A stretch of DNA of 64,000 nt from an uncultured Olsenella sp. (lineage in GTDB: Bacteria; Actinomycetota; Coriobacteriia; Coriobacteriales; Atopobiaceae): contig CASFQX010000020.1 of assembly GCA_949296375.1 (NCBI GenBank), positions 249 to 64,248 on the forward strand. The letters run 5' to 3'. Shown here one piece after another: positions 28,201 through 37,491 of the stretch; within the stretch, counting starts at the first letter, position 1, and each line of letters begins with the position of its first letter. The notes beneath the pieces are model-generated. The model did no database searches and was not told where the DNA came from. It saw only the letters and a list, made by a program, of their open reading frames with translations. A program made the position numbers and the translations under genes.

Positions 28201-30680
28201 TCGTCACCCCCGCCAAAGAGGGTCCCGAACGCCTGACCAAAGAGCGAGAGCGCGCGTGCGACTCGCCCCTTCCTCTGGGTGGCGGGTCGTGCTGCAGAGG
28301 GGACGGGTGCGGCGACTCGAGGCTTGCTCGCGACGGGAGCCGCGGGTGTGTTACTCTCGTCGGCCTCCGTCTGCGGCTCTGGGGGAAGCTTTCCGGCGTC
28401 GAGCTGGGGGCCGGCCTCGGGCTCGGGCGTCACGCGCTCGGCCTTTCGGGCGGCGTTGCGCTCAGCCACAGCCTTCTTCGCCTTGGCGTACGCCTCGCGG
28501 AGGAGCTCCTCCTGGCAGATGACGCGCGGAGCGTCCTCAGCGCTCTCCACGTGCTCCCAGGTACCCTCAGAGGTGAGCTGGCGTGCCTTCACGTTGTCTG
28601 CGAGCTGGAGCTCGATGAAGTGACGGACGATCTCCGCGCACTCGGGGTCACGCACGGGATAGGCGATCTCGACGCGACGCTCGGTGTTTCTCGTCATCAT
28701 GTCCGCGCTGGAGAGATAGATCGTGTCCATGTACTCGCCAAAGGCGTAGATGCGCGCGTGCTCGAGGAAGCGCCCCGCGATCTGGCGCACGACGAGCCCG
28801 TCGGTCTTTCCGGGAATGCCCGCCTTGATGCAGCAGATGCCGCGCACGATCATGACTACGCTCACGCCGGCCTCGCAGGCCTCGGAGATCTTGTCGATGA
28901 CGTCGCGGTCGGTGAGCGAGTTCATCTTGAGGAAGACCTTGGCAGGGGCACCCTCGCGGGCGCGGGAGATCTCGCGATCGAGCCCGCGCATGACGAGGGG
29001 CTTGAGGCCCACTGGCGCAACGCCGAGGTGCTTGTAGGAGCCGCGGAGGTTGCCGAGCGAGAGGTTGCGGAAGAAGGTGTTGCCGTCCGCGCCTATGCCC
29101 TCGTCGGCAGTGAGGAGCATGAAGTCCGAGTAGAGCGTCGCGGTCTTCTCGTTGAAGTTGCCGGTTCCGAGGCAGGTGATGCGACTGAGTCCGTCGCGGT
29201 CGTGATAGGTGATCTGGCAGATCTTGGAGTGGCACTTGAAGCCCTCGGAGCCGTAGATGACGGTGCACCCGGCGTCCTCGAGACGCTCCGCCCAGGCGAT
29301 GTTGTTGGCCTCGTCAAAGCGGGCGCGCAGCTCCATGAGGACGGTGACGTCCTTTCCCGCCTCGGCGGCGCTGATCAGGCTCTCGCAGAGGTGACTCGAC
29401 TTTGCCACGCGGTAGAGCGTGATCTTGATCGAGATGCAGGCGTCGTCGGCAGAAGCCTCGCGCACTAGGCGCAGCAGCGGTGTCATGGACTCGTAGGGGT
29501 AGGTGAGCAGGACGTCGTGGTCCTCTACCTGCCCGCGCATCGGCTTAGAGAGGTCGACCATGGGCGAGATCTGGGGCTCGAAGGGCCGGTAGACGCAGGC
29601 GGTGTGCTCGTGGTCGGGGATTCGCGACTCGAGCCCGTAGACGTAACCGAGGTCGATTGGGCGCTCGAGGCGGAAGACGCGGCGCGGCTCGAGGGAGAGC
29701 TCGCTCGCGATGAGGTCCTCGAGCTTCTTGCCGAGCTTGCCGCGGATCTCCAGGCGCACGGGCTGCAGACGCTGGCGGAGCTTCAGCACCTTCTTCATGT
29801 GCTGACGGTAGTCCTCCTCCTCCTCGACGCCCTCGCCATCAGGGTCGATGTCTGCGTTGCGGGTCACGCGGATGACGGCAGAGCGCTTGGGCACGTACTC
29901 ACCGAAGCACTGGTCGAGACAGGTCTCGAGCACGTCCTCGAGCAGGGTGTAACGGTAGGCCTTCGGCGAGGAAGGCAGGGCGACGACGCGCGCCTCGGTG
30001 CGCGGCAGCTCGATGATGCCGAGCAGATCGGTCTCCTCTTCACCGTCGAGGGAGCAGGCCACGAAGAGGCGGCCGTTGCGGAGGTTGGGGAAGGGGTGGC
30101 GTGGGTCCACGATGAGGGGGGAGATGATGGGTGCGAGCCTTCGCTCGTAGTGGCGGACGACGGCGGCGCGGTCCTCCTCCGTGTACTTGGCGGGGGAGAC
30201 GCGGACAAGACCCTTCTCAGCGAGAGCGTCCTCGACTATCACGAGGCCCTTCTCGTGGCGCTCGACGAGCGAGGGCAGCGCCTTGAAGATGGCGGCGAGC
30301 TGCTCGTCCGGCGTCATGTTGGACTTGTTGTCCTTGGGCTGGTTCTTGAGCGAGGCAAGGTCCGAGAGGCCGCCCACGCGGATCATGAACCACTCGTCGA
30401 GGTTGGACTCGACGATCTCACAGAACTTGAGGCGCTCGAAGGCAGGAACGGTCTCGTCGTATGCCTCGTCGAGGATGCGGTCGTCAAAGCGCAGCCAGCT
30501 CAGCTCGCGGTTCTGCGTATAGGAGAAGTCGCGCTCGTCATTCTCGTCCTCCGAGGCCCTCTTGCCCTTGTCGGCCCTCTTGCCCTTCTCAGCCTTCTCA
30601 GCCTTATCCGCCTTCTCGGGCTTCACGACCTTCTCAGCCTTCTCGGTTTTCTCCGCCTTCTCGGCCGCGTCCTTTGCCAT
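28197..30680 (-). CDS. ppk1: Polyphosphate kinase 1
   Basis: NRELSWL, SNLDE, HPFP, YPYES, IKITLYR, ELRARFDE, KCHSK, GRFLEH, SADMMTRN. Confidence 0.95.
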   Translation of the reverse strand: MAKDAAEKAEKTEKAEKVVKPEKADKAEKAEKGKRADKGKRASEDENDERDFSYTQNRELSWLRFDDRILDEAYDETVPAFERLKFCEIVESNLDEWFMIRVGGLSDLASLKNQPKDNKSNMTPDEQLAAIFKALPSLVERHEKGLVIVEDALAEKGLVRVSPAKYTEEDRAAVVRHYERRLAPIISPLIVDPRHPFPNLRNGRLFVACSLDGEEETDLLGIIELPRTEARVVALPSSPKAYRYTLLEDVLETCLDQCFGEYVPKRSAVIRVTRNADIDPDGEGVEEEEDYRQHMKKVLKLRQRLQPVRLEIRGKLGKKLEDLIASELSLEPRRVFRLERPIDLGYVYGLESRIPDHEHTACVYRPFEPQISPMVDLSKPMRGQVEDHDVLLTYPYESMTPLLRLVREASADDACISIKITLYRVAKSSHLCESLISAAEAGKDVTVLMELRARFDEANNIAWAERLEDAGCTVIYGSEGFKCHSKICQITYHDRDGLSRITCLGTGNFNEKTATLYSDFMLLTADEGIGADGNTFFRNLSLGNLRGSYKHLGVAPVGLKPLVMRGLDREISRAREGAPAKVFLKMNSLTDRDVIDKISEACEAGVSVVMIVRGICCIKAGIPGKTDGLVVRQIAGRFLEHARIYAFGEYMDTIYLSSADMMTRNTERRVEIAYPVRDPECAEIVRHFIELQLADNVKARQLTSEGTWEHVESAEDAPRVICQEELLREAYAKAKKAVAERNAARKAERVTPEPEAGPQLDAGKLPPEPQTEADESNTPAAPVASKPRVAAPVPSAARPATQRKGRVARALSLFGQAFGTLFGGGDE

Positions 30681-30822
30681 CTCTGTCCTTCCGCATCGTG
30701 TAACGGGCCTGACATTTCCTTCCCCGATAATAGCTCCAAGTTGCGAGTTTGGTGACCCCTTGAACCGTTAGCGTTGTGCAAGGGGATGTTGAATGGCCTT
30801 GTCGCCTCGAAAGGAGAGCCCC

Positions 30823-31821
30823 ATGTCCGCAAGTCTCACCGGACGTCACTTTCTCAAGCTTCTCGACTTCACTCCCGAGGAGATTCGCTACCTCATAGAT
30901 CTCTCCGCCGACCTCAAAGCGAAGAAGCGCTCGGGCGAGCCCCATCGTTACCTTGAGGGAAAGAACGTCGCCCTCATCTTTGAGAAGACCTCCACGCGCA
31001 CGCGCTGCGCGTTTGAAGTTGGCGCGGCTGACCTTGGCATGCATGCCGTCTACCTGGATCCGAGCGCGAGCCAGATCGGAAAGAAGGAGTCCATCGCAGA
31101 CACGGCCCGCGTGCTCGGGCGCATGTTCGACGGCATCGAGTACCGCGGCTTTGGGCAGGAGCGCGTCGAGGAGCTCGCGGCGCATGCTGGCGTTCCCGTG
31201 TGGAACGGCCTCACCACGGAGTTCCATCCCACTCAGATGCTCGCTGACGTGCTCACGATGGAAGAGGAGTTCAGCAGGGACGGCATGCGTGGGCGCAAGG
31301 TGACCTTCATGGGAGACGCGGGCAACAACGTTGGCAACTCTCTCATGGTCGTCTGCGCCAAGCTCGGCATCGACTTCTGCGCCTGTGGTCCCGCCGAGCA
31401 GATGCCTCCGGCAGGTCTCGTTGAGACCTGTCGTTCGATTGCTGCCGAGACCGGTTCGGCGATCACGCTCACGGCTGATGTCGACGAGGGCGCGCGCGGC
31501 GCGAGCGTGATTTACACCGACATCTGGGTCTCCATGGGGGAGAGCGCAGACCTCTGGGGCGAGCGTATCCGCCTGCTGTCTCCGTATCAGGTGAACGCCG
31601 AGCTCATGGCCAAGGCGGCGCCCGACGCGATCTTCATGCACTGCCTGCCGAGCTTCCACGACCGCAAGACCACGATCGGCGAGGAGGTCTACCAGAAGTT
31701 TGGCCTGGCGGAGCTCGAGGTCACCGACGAGGTCTTCGAGGGCCCGCGCAGCCGCGTCTTCGACGAGGCCGAGAACCGCCTTCACTCGATCAAGGCGGTG
31801 ATGCTGGCGACGCTCGGGTAA
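30823..31821 (+). CDS. argF: Ornithine carbamoyltransferase
   Basis: [26 protein letters not shown]; anabolic versus catabolic role not resolvable. Confidence 0.9.
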   Translation: MSASLTGRHFLKLLDFTPEEIRYLIDLSADLKAKKRSGEPHRYLEGKNVALIFEKTSTRTRCAFEVGAADLGMHAVYLDPSASQIGKKESIADTARVLGRMFDGIEYRGFGQERVEELAAHAGVPVWNGLTTEFHPTQMLADVLTMEEEFSRDGMRGRKVTFMGDAGNNVGNSLMVVCAKLGIDFCACGPAEQMPPAGLVETCRSIAAETGSAITLTADVDEGARGASVIYTDIWVSMGESADLWGERIRLLSPYQVNAELMAKAAPDAIFMHCLPSFHDRKTTIGEEVYQKFGLAELEVTDEVFEGPRSRVFDEAENRLHSIKAVMLATLG

Positions 31822-31889
31822 GACCCTCCAGTTGGGTCGTCAGGGGTCGGCGTCACTGCCGAGGCTCTTCCCGATGTTTGTCCTTATTT

Positions 31890-31967
31890 CGCCGAGCGCG
31901 CGCTCCAAAACGGAAAAGAGCGCGCACTCGGCGGCTTTCTAAGCAAGGGCGAGAAGAACGCGCGCCC
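31890..31967. repeat. Palindromic cluster with three GAGCGCGCGCTC-like motifs
   Basis: Motifs at 31894, 31918, 31956; the first two form a hairpin 31890-31933. Confidence 0.65.
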
Positions 31968-31994
31968 TGGACATTAAACGTGAAGAACGGGTGG

Positions 31995-33044
31995 CTAGTA
32001 CACCATGCCCATGGCCTCGCGCACCTCGTCGAGGGTTGCGGCGGCGATCTCGCGGGCGCGACGGTTGCCCTCGTGGAGGACGTCGGCCACGTAACCCATG
32101 TCCTGGGCGATCTTCTCGCGGCGCTCGCGGATGGGGGCGAAGTAGCCGTTCACGGCCTCGGTCACCACGCGCTTGAGCTGGCCCGCGCCGCCCATGCCGA
32201 TCTCCTCGGCGATCTCGCGAGGGTCTCGACCGGTGCAGATCCCTGCCGTGGTGAGAAGACCGGAGATCTCCGGGCGGTTCTCGGGGTCAAAGGTGATGTT
32301 GCGCTCGGAGTCGCTCTTGGACTTCTTGATGAGCTTTGCCGTCTCCTCTGCCGTCATGGAGATGGAGATCGCGTTGCCGTAGGACTTGCTCATCTTGCGA
32401 CCGTCGAGGCCCGGGAGCAGCGGCGTGGAGGTGAGGAGGCCCGTCACGTCGGGGAAGACCTTGCCGTAGCGCTCGTTGAAGCGGCGGGCGATCTTGGAGG
32501 TAATCTCGATGTGGGGGAGCTGGTCGCGGCCAACGGGCACGATGTTGCCCTTGCAGAAGAGGATGTCGCAGGCCTGGTGCACGGGATAGGTGAGGAGGAG
32601 CCCCGTGAGCGCGTGGCCGGAGGCCTCCTGCTCGGCCTTGACGGTGGGGTTGCGCTCCATCTCAGCCTCGGTCACGAGGGAGAGGAAGGGGAGCATGAGC
32701 TGGTTGAGCTCGGGTACTGCGGAGTGCGTGAAGATCATCGTCTTCTCAGGGTCGAGGCCGCAGGCGAGGTAGTCAATGACCATGTTGTAGACGTTGTCGC
32801 GGATGTGTTCGGTGGTGTCGCGGTCGGTGATGACCTGGTAGTCCGCGATGATGACGTTGGTGCGCACGCCCATGTCCTGCAGGCGCACGCGGTCGACGAG
32901 CGTACCGAAGTAGTGACCGAGGTGCAGGCGCCCCGTCGGGCGGTCGCCCGTGAGCATCGTGTACTTCTCGGGATGAACGAGAAGGTCGGCGTGGACCTCG
33001 TCGCTCCTGCGCTTTGCGGCTTCGTAGCTACCCTCGTTGGGCAT
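31995..33044 (-). CDS. trpS: Tryptophan--tRNA ligase
   Basis: TGDRPTGRLHLGHY, YPVHQACDIL, VPVGRDQLPH, KMSKS. Confidence 0.95.
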   Translation of the reverse strand: MPNEGSYEAAKRRSDEVHADLLVHPEKYTMLTGDRPTGRLHLGHYFGTLVDRVRLQDMGVRTNVIIADYQVITDRDTTEHIRDNVYNMVIDYLACGLDPEKTMIFTHSAVPELNQLMLPFLSLVTEAEMERNPTVKAEQEASGHALTGLLLTYPVHQACDILFCKGNIVPVGRDQLPHIEITSKIARRFNERYGKVFPDVTGLLTSTPLLPGLDGRKMSKSYGNAISISMTAEETAKLIKKSKSDSERNITFDPENRPEISGLLTTAGICTGRDPREIAEEIGMGGAGQLKRVVTEAVNGYFAPIRERREKIAQDMGYVADVLHEGNRRAREIAAATLDEVREAMGMVY

Positions 33045-33184
33045 GGTGTCTCCCGTCTGCTTCGGGCCGTGGCCCGTGGTTTTTCTCGACCACCCATGGT
33101 ACGGCAAAGTAGTGAGATGTGCGAATTGGGGAGCGGCAAACACTGATAGAATGTCATTGTTTGAATTCGCGAGAGGGGAGCGTC

Positions 33185-33787
33185 TTGGCAAGCTCATACG
33201 GTACCGATGCCGACAAGAGCTCCCTTCGGAGCAATTACCTCGCAGTTAGGAAGAGCCTCCCCGAGAGAACCCTCATCGAGAGCGACTCGTCAATCGAGAG
33301 TGCCCTCTGGGCCTTCCCGCTGTTTGCTGAGGCGCCTCTCGTCCTCTCGTACGTCTCCTTCTCTGCCGAGGTGGGGACGCGCGACATCATCGGACGAGTG
33401 CTCGCCGAGGGCAGGCGCGTGGGCGTTCCGCGCGTGGATGCCGCGTCACGAACGATGGCCTTTCACGAGATCACGTCGCTTGACGAACTCGAGCCGAGGA
33501 CGAAGGGTATCCTCGAGCCCGGCGCCGACGCCCCGCTGCTCTCCAGGCCGTCCCAGCTCGTCGGCTCCGTGTGCCTGGTTCCCGGGCTCGTCTTCGATGG
33601 CGCCGGTCATCGCGTTGGTTATGGCGGCGGGTACTACGACCGCTTCCTTGCCTTCTACCCTGGCGACAAGATCGGTCTGGCGCGAACGGGCATGATCTCC
33701 TCCAATCCGCTGCCCGTTGAGAGGGGCGACGTGCCGGTGGACTTCATCGCAACGGAGTTTGGGGTCTGGAGCTGCAGGGGGCGTTAG
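33185..33787 (+). CDS. 5-formyltetrahydrofolate cyclo-ligase
   Basis: GILEP, LVPGLVFD..GHRVGYGGGYYDRFL; start uncertain (TTG 33185). Confidence 0.9.
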   Translation: MASSYGTDADKSSLRSNYLAVRKSLPERTLIESDSSIESALWAFPLFAEAPLVLSYVSFSAEVGTRDIIGRVLAEGRRVGVPRVDAASRTMAFHEITSLDELEPRTKGILEPGADAPLLSRPSQLVGSVCLVPGLVFDGAGHRVGYGGGYYDRFLAFYPGDKIGLARTGMISSNPLPVERGDVPVDFIATEFGVWSCRGR

Positions 33788-33828
33788 GCCCGATTAAACC
33801 TCATCTTGTTGAGGTGCCCGAGCTCGGG

Positions 33829-34782
33829 TCACATGCCCAGGTGTGCGGCAAGGTCGTGAATCGCCTTGCGGTATCCCTTAATGCCCATCCCCGTGATTGT
33901 CTCAAAGCACGCGGCGCGAATGTATGACACCTGGCGGAACTCCTCGCGCTCGTCGACCTTTGAGATGTGGACCTCAACCATAGGCAGCCCAACGGCCTTG
34001 GCGGCATCGAGAATCGCGATGGATGTGTGGGTGTACGCTCCGGGGTTGAAGACGATGCCATCGTAGCTACCGTAAGCGTCCTGAATCGCGTCGATGAGGT
34101 CGCCCTCATGGTTTGACTGGAAGCACGTGCACTCGGCAAAGCCCACCTCCTCCGCGGCGTCGTGACAGAGCTTCAAGAGGGAGCGATACGAGTCTGCCCC
34201 GTAGATGTCCGGTTCCCGGATGCCGAGAAGGTTGATGTTGGGTCCGTTGATGACGAGCACGCGTCCCGAGGGGGGACGGCCCTCGGCGCCGGGGGAGTCA
34301 TCGGGTGCCTCGTCGTCGAAGTCAAGACGGTCCTCTGTCGTCTGGGCGTCTGAGATGGTCCCAAGCAGGCTCACCAGATCGTCAACGGATTCTTCGCCCT
34401 TGGATTCCTCCGCCTCGCGGTCGCTCTGGATCCTAGCGGCGTCAAACAAGGGGTTCTGCGAGATGTGGACGCGGATTCTCGTGGGCTCGGGATTGGCGCC
34501 GATCTCTGCGAAGGCCTCCTCATCGCCCTCCATGCCCGTGAGGCGGACGATCGCCTCGTGAACGGCCTCAACCTTTCCCGGGCTGAAGACGACCTCGATG
34601 CCGTTGTCGCCGCGCCTCACAAAGCCAAGGACTCCGCGAGCAGACGAGAGCTTCTCGGTGTCAACGAGGGATGGATCCCTGGTGAGGATTCTCAGGCGGG
34701 TCATGCAGATGTCATTTGCGACGACGTTCTCCTTGCCACCAATGGAGGCAAGAACCTCTCGCGCAATCTGCTCTCTGTCCAC
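33829..34782 (-). CDS. aroQ: Type II 3-dehydroquinate dehydratase fused to an N-terminal PTS EIIB domain
   Basis: N-terminus IGGKENV....CMTRLR; C-terminus NGPNINLLGIREPDIYG, FQSNHEG, NPGAYTHTS, EVHIS. Confidence 0.9.
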   Translation of the reverse strand: MDREQIAREVLASIGGKENVVANDICMTRLRILTRDPSLVDTEKLSSARGVLGFVRRGDNGIEVVFSPGKVEAVHEAIVRLTGMEGDEEAFAEIGANPEPTRIRVHISQNPLFDAARIQSDREAEESKGEESVDDLVSLLGTISDAQTTEDRLDFDDEAPDDSPGAEGRPPSGRVLVINGPNINLLGIREPDIYGADSYRSLLKLCHDAAEEVGFAECTCFQSNHEGDLIDAIQDAYGSYDGIVFNPGAYTHTSIAILDAAKAVGLPMVEVHISKVDEREEFRQVSYIRAACFETITGMGIKGYRKAIHDLAAHLGM

Positions 34783-34993
34783 GTCGCGACCCTTCCCCTT
34801 TTGAATCGCGAGTATGGAGCCCCGTCTCCGCACTCATCGGTCAAAACAGTCTCAGTGAAGTATAGAGGGTGCTTTCGAGGTGGCGCCCCCATTCCGCCGA
34901 ATGGTCTCGCAGACGGCAAAACACTAGGTTGACCGGCATCTTCTGGTGGGATGTTCCCATTCTCGCTCTCGGGAAACCACCGTGACACGGGTG

Positions 34994-36295
34994 TCAGGCG
35001 TCGCGGGAGGAGATCTTCGCGAGAATCTCCCGCGCGTCGCCGGCAGCCGATCCGGTGCAGGCCAGCCTGAGGTCGGCCCAGCTCTCATAGAGGCCCATCC
35101 GTTCCCGGGCAACCTCCTCGACCCCGCGGCTCTGGGAGATGGGGCGCCCGTTCGTGCAGAGCTCGTCGATGCTTCTATCGAGAAAGACGATGATGCCGTT
35201 CTGGTGGAGAAGATCGTAGTTCTCGGCTCTCGTGACGACGCCGCCGCCGCAGGCAATGACGATGCCCGATCTCGCCCCGTAGGCACCCGTGACCCTGGTC
35301 TCGATCTCACGGAAGGCCGCCTCGCCGTCTTCCCTGATGATTTGGGCGGCGGGCCTTCCCTCTTCGGTCTCAATGGTGCAGTCGATGTCCACGAAGGGCC
35401 TGCCCATGAGGCGGGAGAGGGCCCTGCCGCAACTTGACTTGCCAGCTCCCGGCATGCCGATGAGCACGACGTTTTGTGTCTGTAGGCGGATGTCCCTCTC
35501 GATTTGCCCGATTAGGTCTTCGTCGAGCCTCGTCTGTTGAAAGATCTCGCTCGCGTAGAACGCCTGGGCAACCAGCATGGCGAGTCCAGACTCCACAGGG
35601 ATGGCGAGCTTCTCGGCGGCGAGACAGAGTCCGGTTCGCTCGGGGTTGTAGATGACGTCCAGGACGCCTCTGAGCTGTGTGAGAGAGGCGAGGACCCCCT
35701 TGGAGACCGGGGAGTCTGGGCAGTGGGGGAACATACCCACGGGCGTGGTGTTGACGAGCAGGACGGCGTCTGCATGACGGTCTGCGAGCGTCTCGTAGGT
35801 CTCGGTGCCCTGGCGAGAAATCGTGATTGGGCGAGCGTCGGCCTCGTTGGCGAGCACGTCGGTGACCGAACGGCTCGCGCCGCCGCTTCCGAGGACGAGG
35901 ACCTTTCTGCCACCGAGGGCGGCTCGAGGGCTCTCCCCGAGGTTTTTCTCGCAGAAGCGCTCGAGCATCCATGCAAATCCGAGGACGTCCGTATTCTCGG
36001 CAAAGATGCGACCGTCACCACTCCTTACGAGGGTGTTTGCGACTCCCAACCGCTTTACGGCTGGGGAGCACGCGTCGGCCACCTGGGCGGCGAGTGGCTT
36101 GTGGGGGATTGTGACGTTGACCCCTCGCCAGGTCCCCTCGCGAAGAAAGAGTTCCGCCTCGTCGTGCGGCAGGTCGTACAGCTCGTAGGGGGTGGAGCCG
36201 AGCTTGGCGTGAATGGTGGGTGACCAGCTGTGACCGAGTGGGTGACCAAGAAGCCCGAAGGGAGCCTCCGGGGCGCCGCCCTTCTCGGAGGCCAT
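34994..36295 (-). CDS. Shikimate dehydrogenase-shikimate kinase fusion (AroE-AroK)
   Basis: GHSWSP, NVTIPHK, ENTD, GSGGAS, GLAMLVAQA, then LIGMPGAGKS, GEAAFR, ACGGG. Confidence 0.92.
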   Translation of the reverse strand: MASEKGGAPEAPFGLLGHPLGHSWSPTIHAKLGSTPYELYDLPHDEAELFLREGTWRGVNVTIPHKPLAAQVADACSPAVKRLGVANTLVRSGDGRIFAENTDVLGFAWMLERFCEKNLGESPRAALGGRKVLVLGSGGASRSVTDVLANEADARPITISRQGTETYETLADRHADAVLLVNTTPVGMFPHCPDSPVSKGVLASLTQLRGVLDVIYNPERTGLCLAAEKLAIPVESGLAMLVAQAFYASEIFQQTRLDEDLIGQIERDIRLQTQNVVLIGMPGAGKSSCGRALSRLMGRPFVDIDCTIETEEGRPAAQIIREDGEAAFREIETRVTGAYGARSGIVIACGGGVVTRAENYDLLHQNGIIVFLDRSIDELCTNGRPISQSRGVEEVARERMGLYESWADLRLACTGSAAGDAREILAKISSRDA

Positions 36296-36296
36296 C

Positions 36297-37448
36297 CTAG
36301 AGCACCTCCGCGTAGCTTCCGAGGTAACGGTACTCCTGGCAGAGGCTCTCAAGCGTGGACATGAGGGATAGGAACTCCGGAGCGGCAGCGGGGCACTCGA
36401 TGTCGAAATAGAACATGAACTCGAAATCGCGCTCCGGGATGGGGCGGCTCTCGAGCTTGAGGAGGTTGATGTCTAGCGCGTAGAACTTTGCCAGAAGCTT
36501 GTAGAGGGCGCCGGGGACGTGCGGCAGCACGATCATGAGCGAGGCTCGGTTTGCTCCCGGGTATATCTCGAGCTTCTTGGATATGCATGCGAAGCGCGTG
36601 TAGTTGTTGTCGCGGTCCTGGACGGAGGAGGAGAGAACCTCGAGTCCGTAGAGGCTTGCGCACGGGAGCGATGAGAGCGCCGCCACGTCCGTGCGCCCGG
36701 ACTCCGCCACGCGCTCGGCGGCGACTGCTGTGTTCTCGCACACGTGGACGCGCACGTCAGGGAGGCCAGAGAGGAACTCGGAGCACTGGTTGATAGCCTG
36801 CTCGTGGCTATAGACGTCTCGGATGCCCTCGAGGGTCGACCCAGGGTTGGCGAGGAGGTTGTGGTCCACCTTCACACGCGTCGACCGCACGATATAGAAG
36901 GAGTGCTCCATCATGAGGTCGAACATCTGGTTGACGGAGCCGGCCGTCGAATTCTCGAGCGGAAGGACGCCGTATTGTGCGAGTCCCTGCTCGACGGAGC
37001 GGAACACCCCGTCGAAGGTGGGCGAGTAGGAGATGAGGGGGCGCTTGAAGATCTTCTCGGCAGCGATCTGCGAATAGGCGCCTTCCACCCCCTGGCACGA
37101 GACGTGCGCGGAGGGAGGGAAGAGCTCCGGGGTATTCTTGCGCGCAGCCTCGATCTTTGCGAGCACGGGGTCATCAGAGGGGTCATCGAGAAGCTCGTGC
37201 TGTCGTGCGCGCGAGGCCTCCATGAGGAGTTCCATGAGCACTTGCGCGTAGGTGGAGAGGTCCTCGGGTACGCGGCCTGCAGCGTCTGCCACTTTGGCCC
37301 GCTCGCGGGAAGGGTCGAGGACCCTCATGCCGTTATCACGCTTGTAGGAGGCAACCTCCTCGGCCACCTTGGTGCGCTCCGAGAAGAGCTCGAAGATCCG
37401 TGCGTCAATCGCGTCTATCTGCTGCCTGAGGTCAGAGAGCTCTGCCAT
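36297..37448 (-). CDS. pheA: Chorismate mutase/prephenate dehydratase (P-protein)
   Basis: LRQQIDAID, QGVEGAYS, LPLENSTAGSV, NYTRF, ACT domain with LESRP. Confidence 0.93.
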   Translation of the reverse strand: MAELSDLRQQIDAIDARIFELFSERTKVAEEVASYKRDNGMRVLDPSRERAKVADAAGRVPEDLSTYAQVLMELLMEASRARQHELLDDPSDDPVLAKIEAARKNTPELFPPSAHVSCQGVEGAYSQIAAEKIFKRPLISYSPTFDGVFRSVEQGLAQYGVLPLENSTAGSVNQMFDLMMEHSFYIVRSTRVKVDHNLLANPGSTLEGIRDVYSHEQAINQCSEFLSGLPDVRVHVCENTAVAAERVAESGRTDVAALSSLPCASLYGLEVLSSSVQDRDNNYTRFACISKKLEIYPGANRASLMIVLPHVPGALYKLLAKFYALDINLLKLESRPIPERDFEFMFYFDIECPAAAPEFLSLMSTLESLCQEYRYLGSYAEVL

Positions 37449-37491
37449 GTGCTGCCTTTCTTACGGGCGGTTGATGTGTCGCGCCGGGAGC

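Noticed and set aside
33045-33184. T-box or attenuator upstream of trpS
   Set aside because: Region is short and no T-box consensus or leader peptide was recognisable
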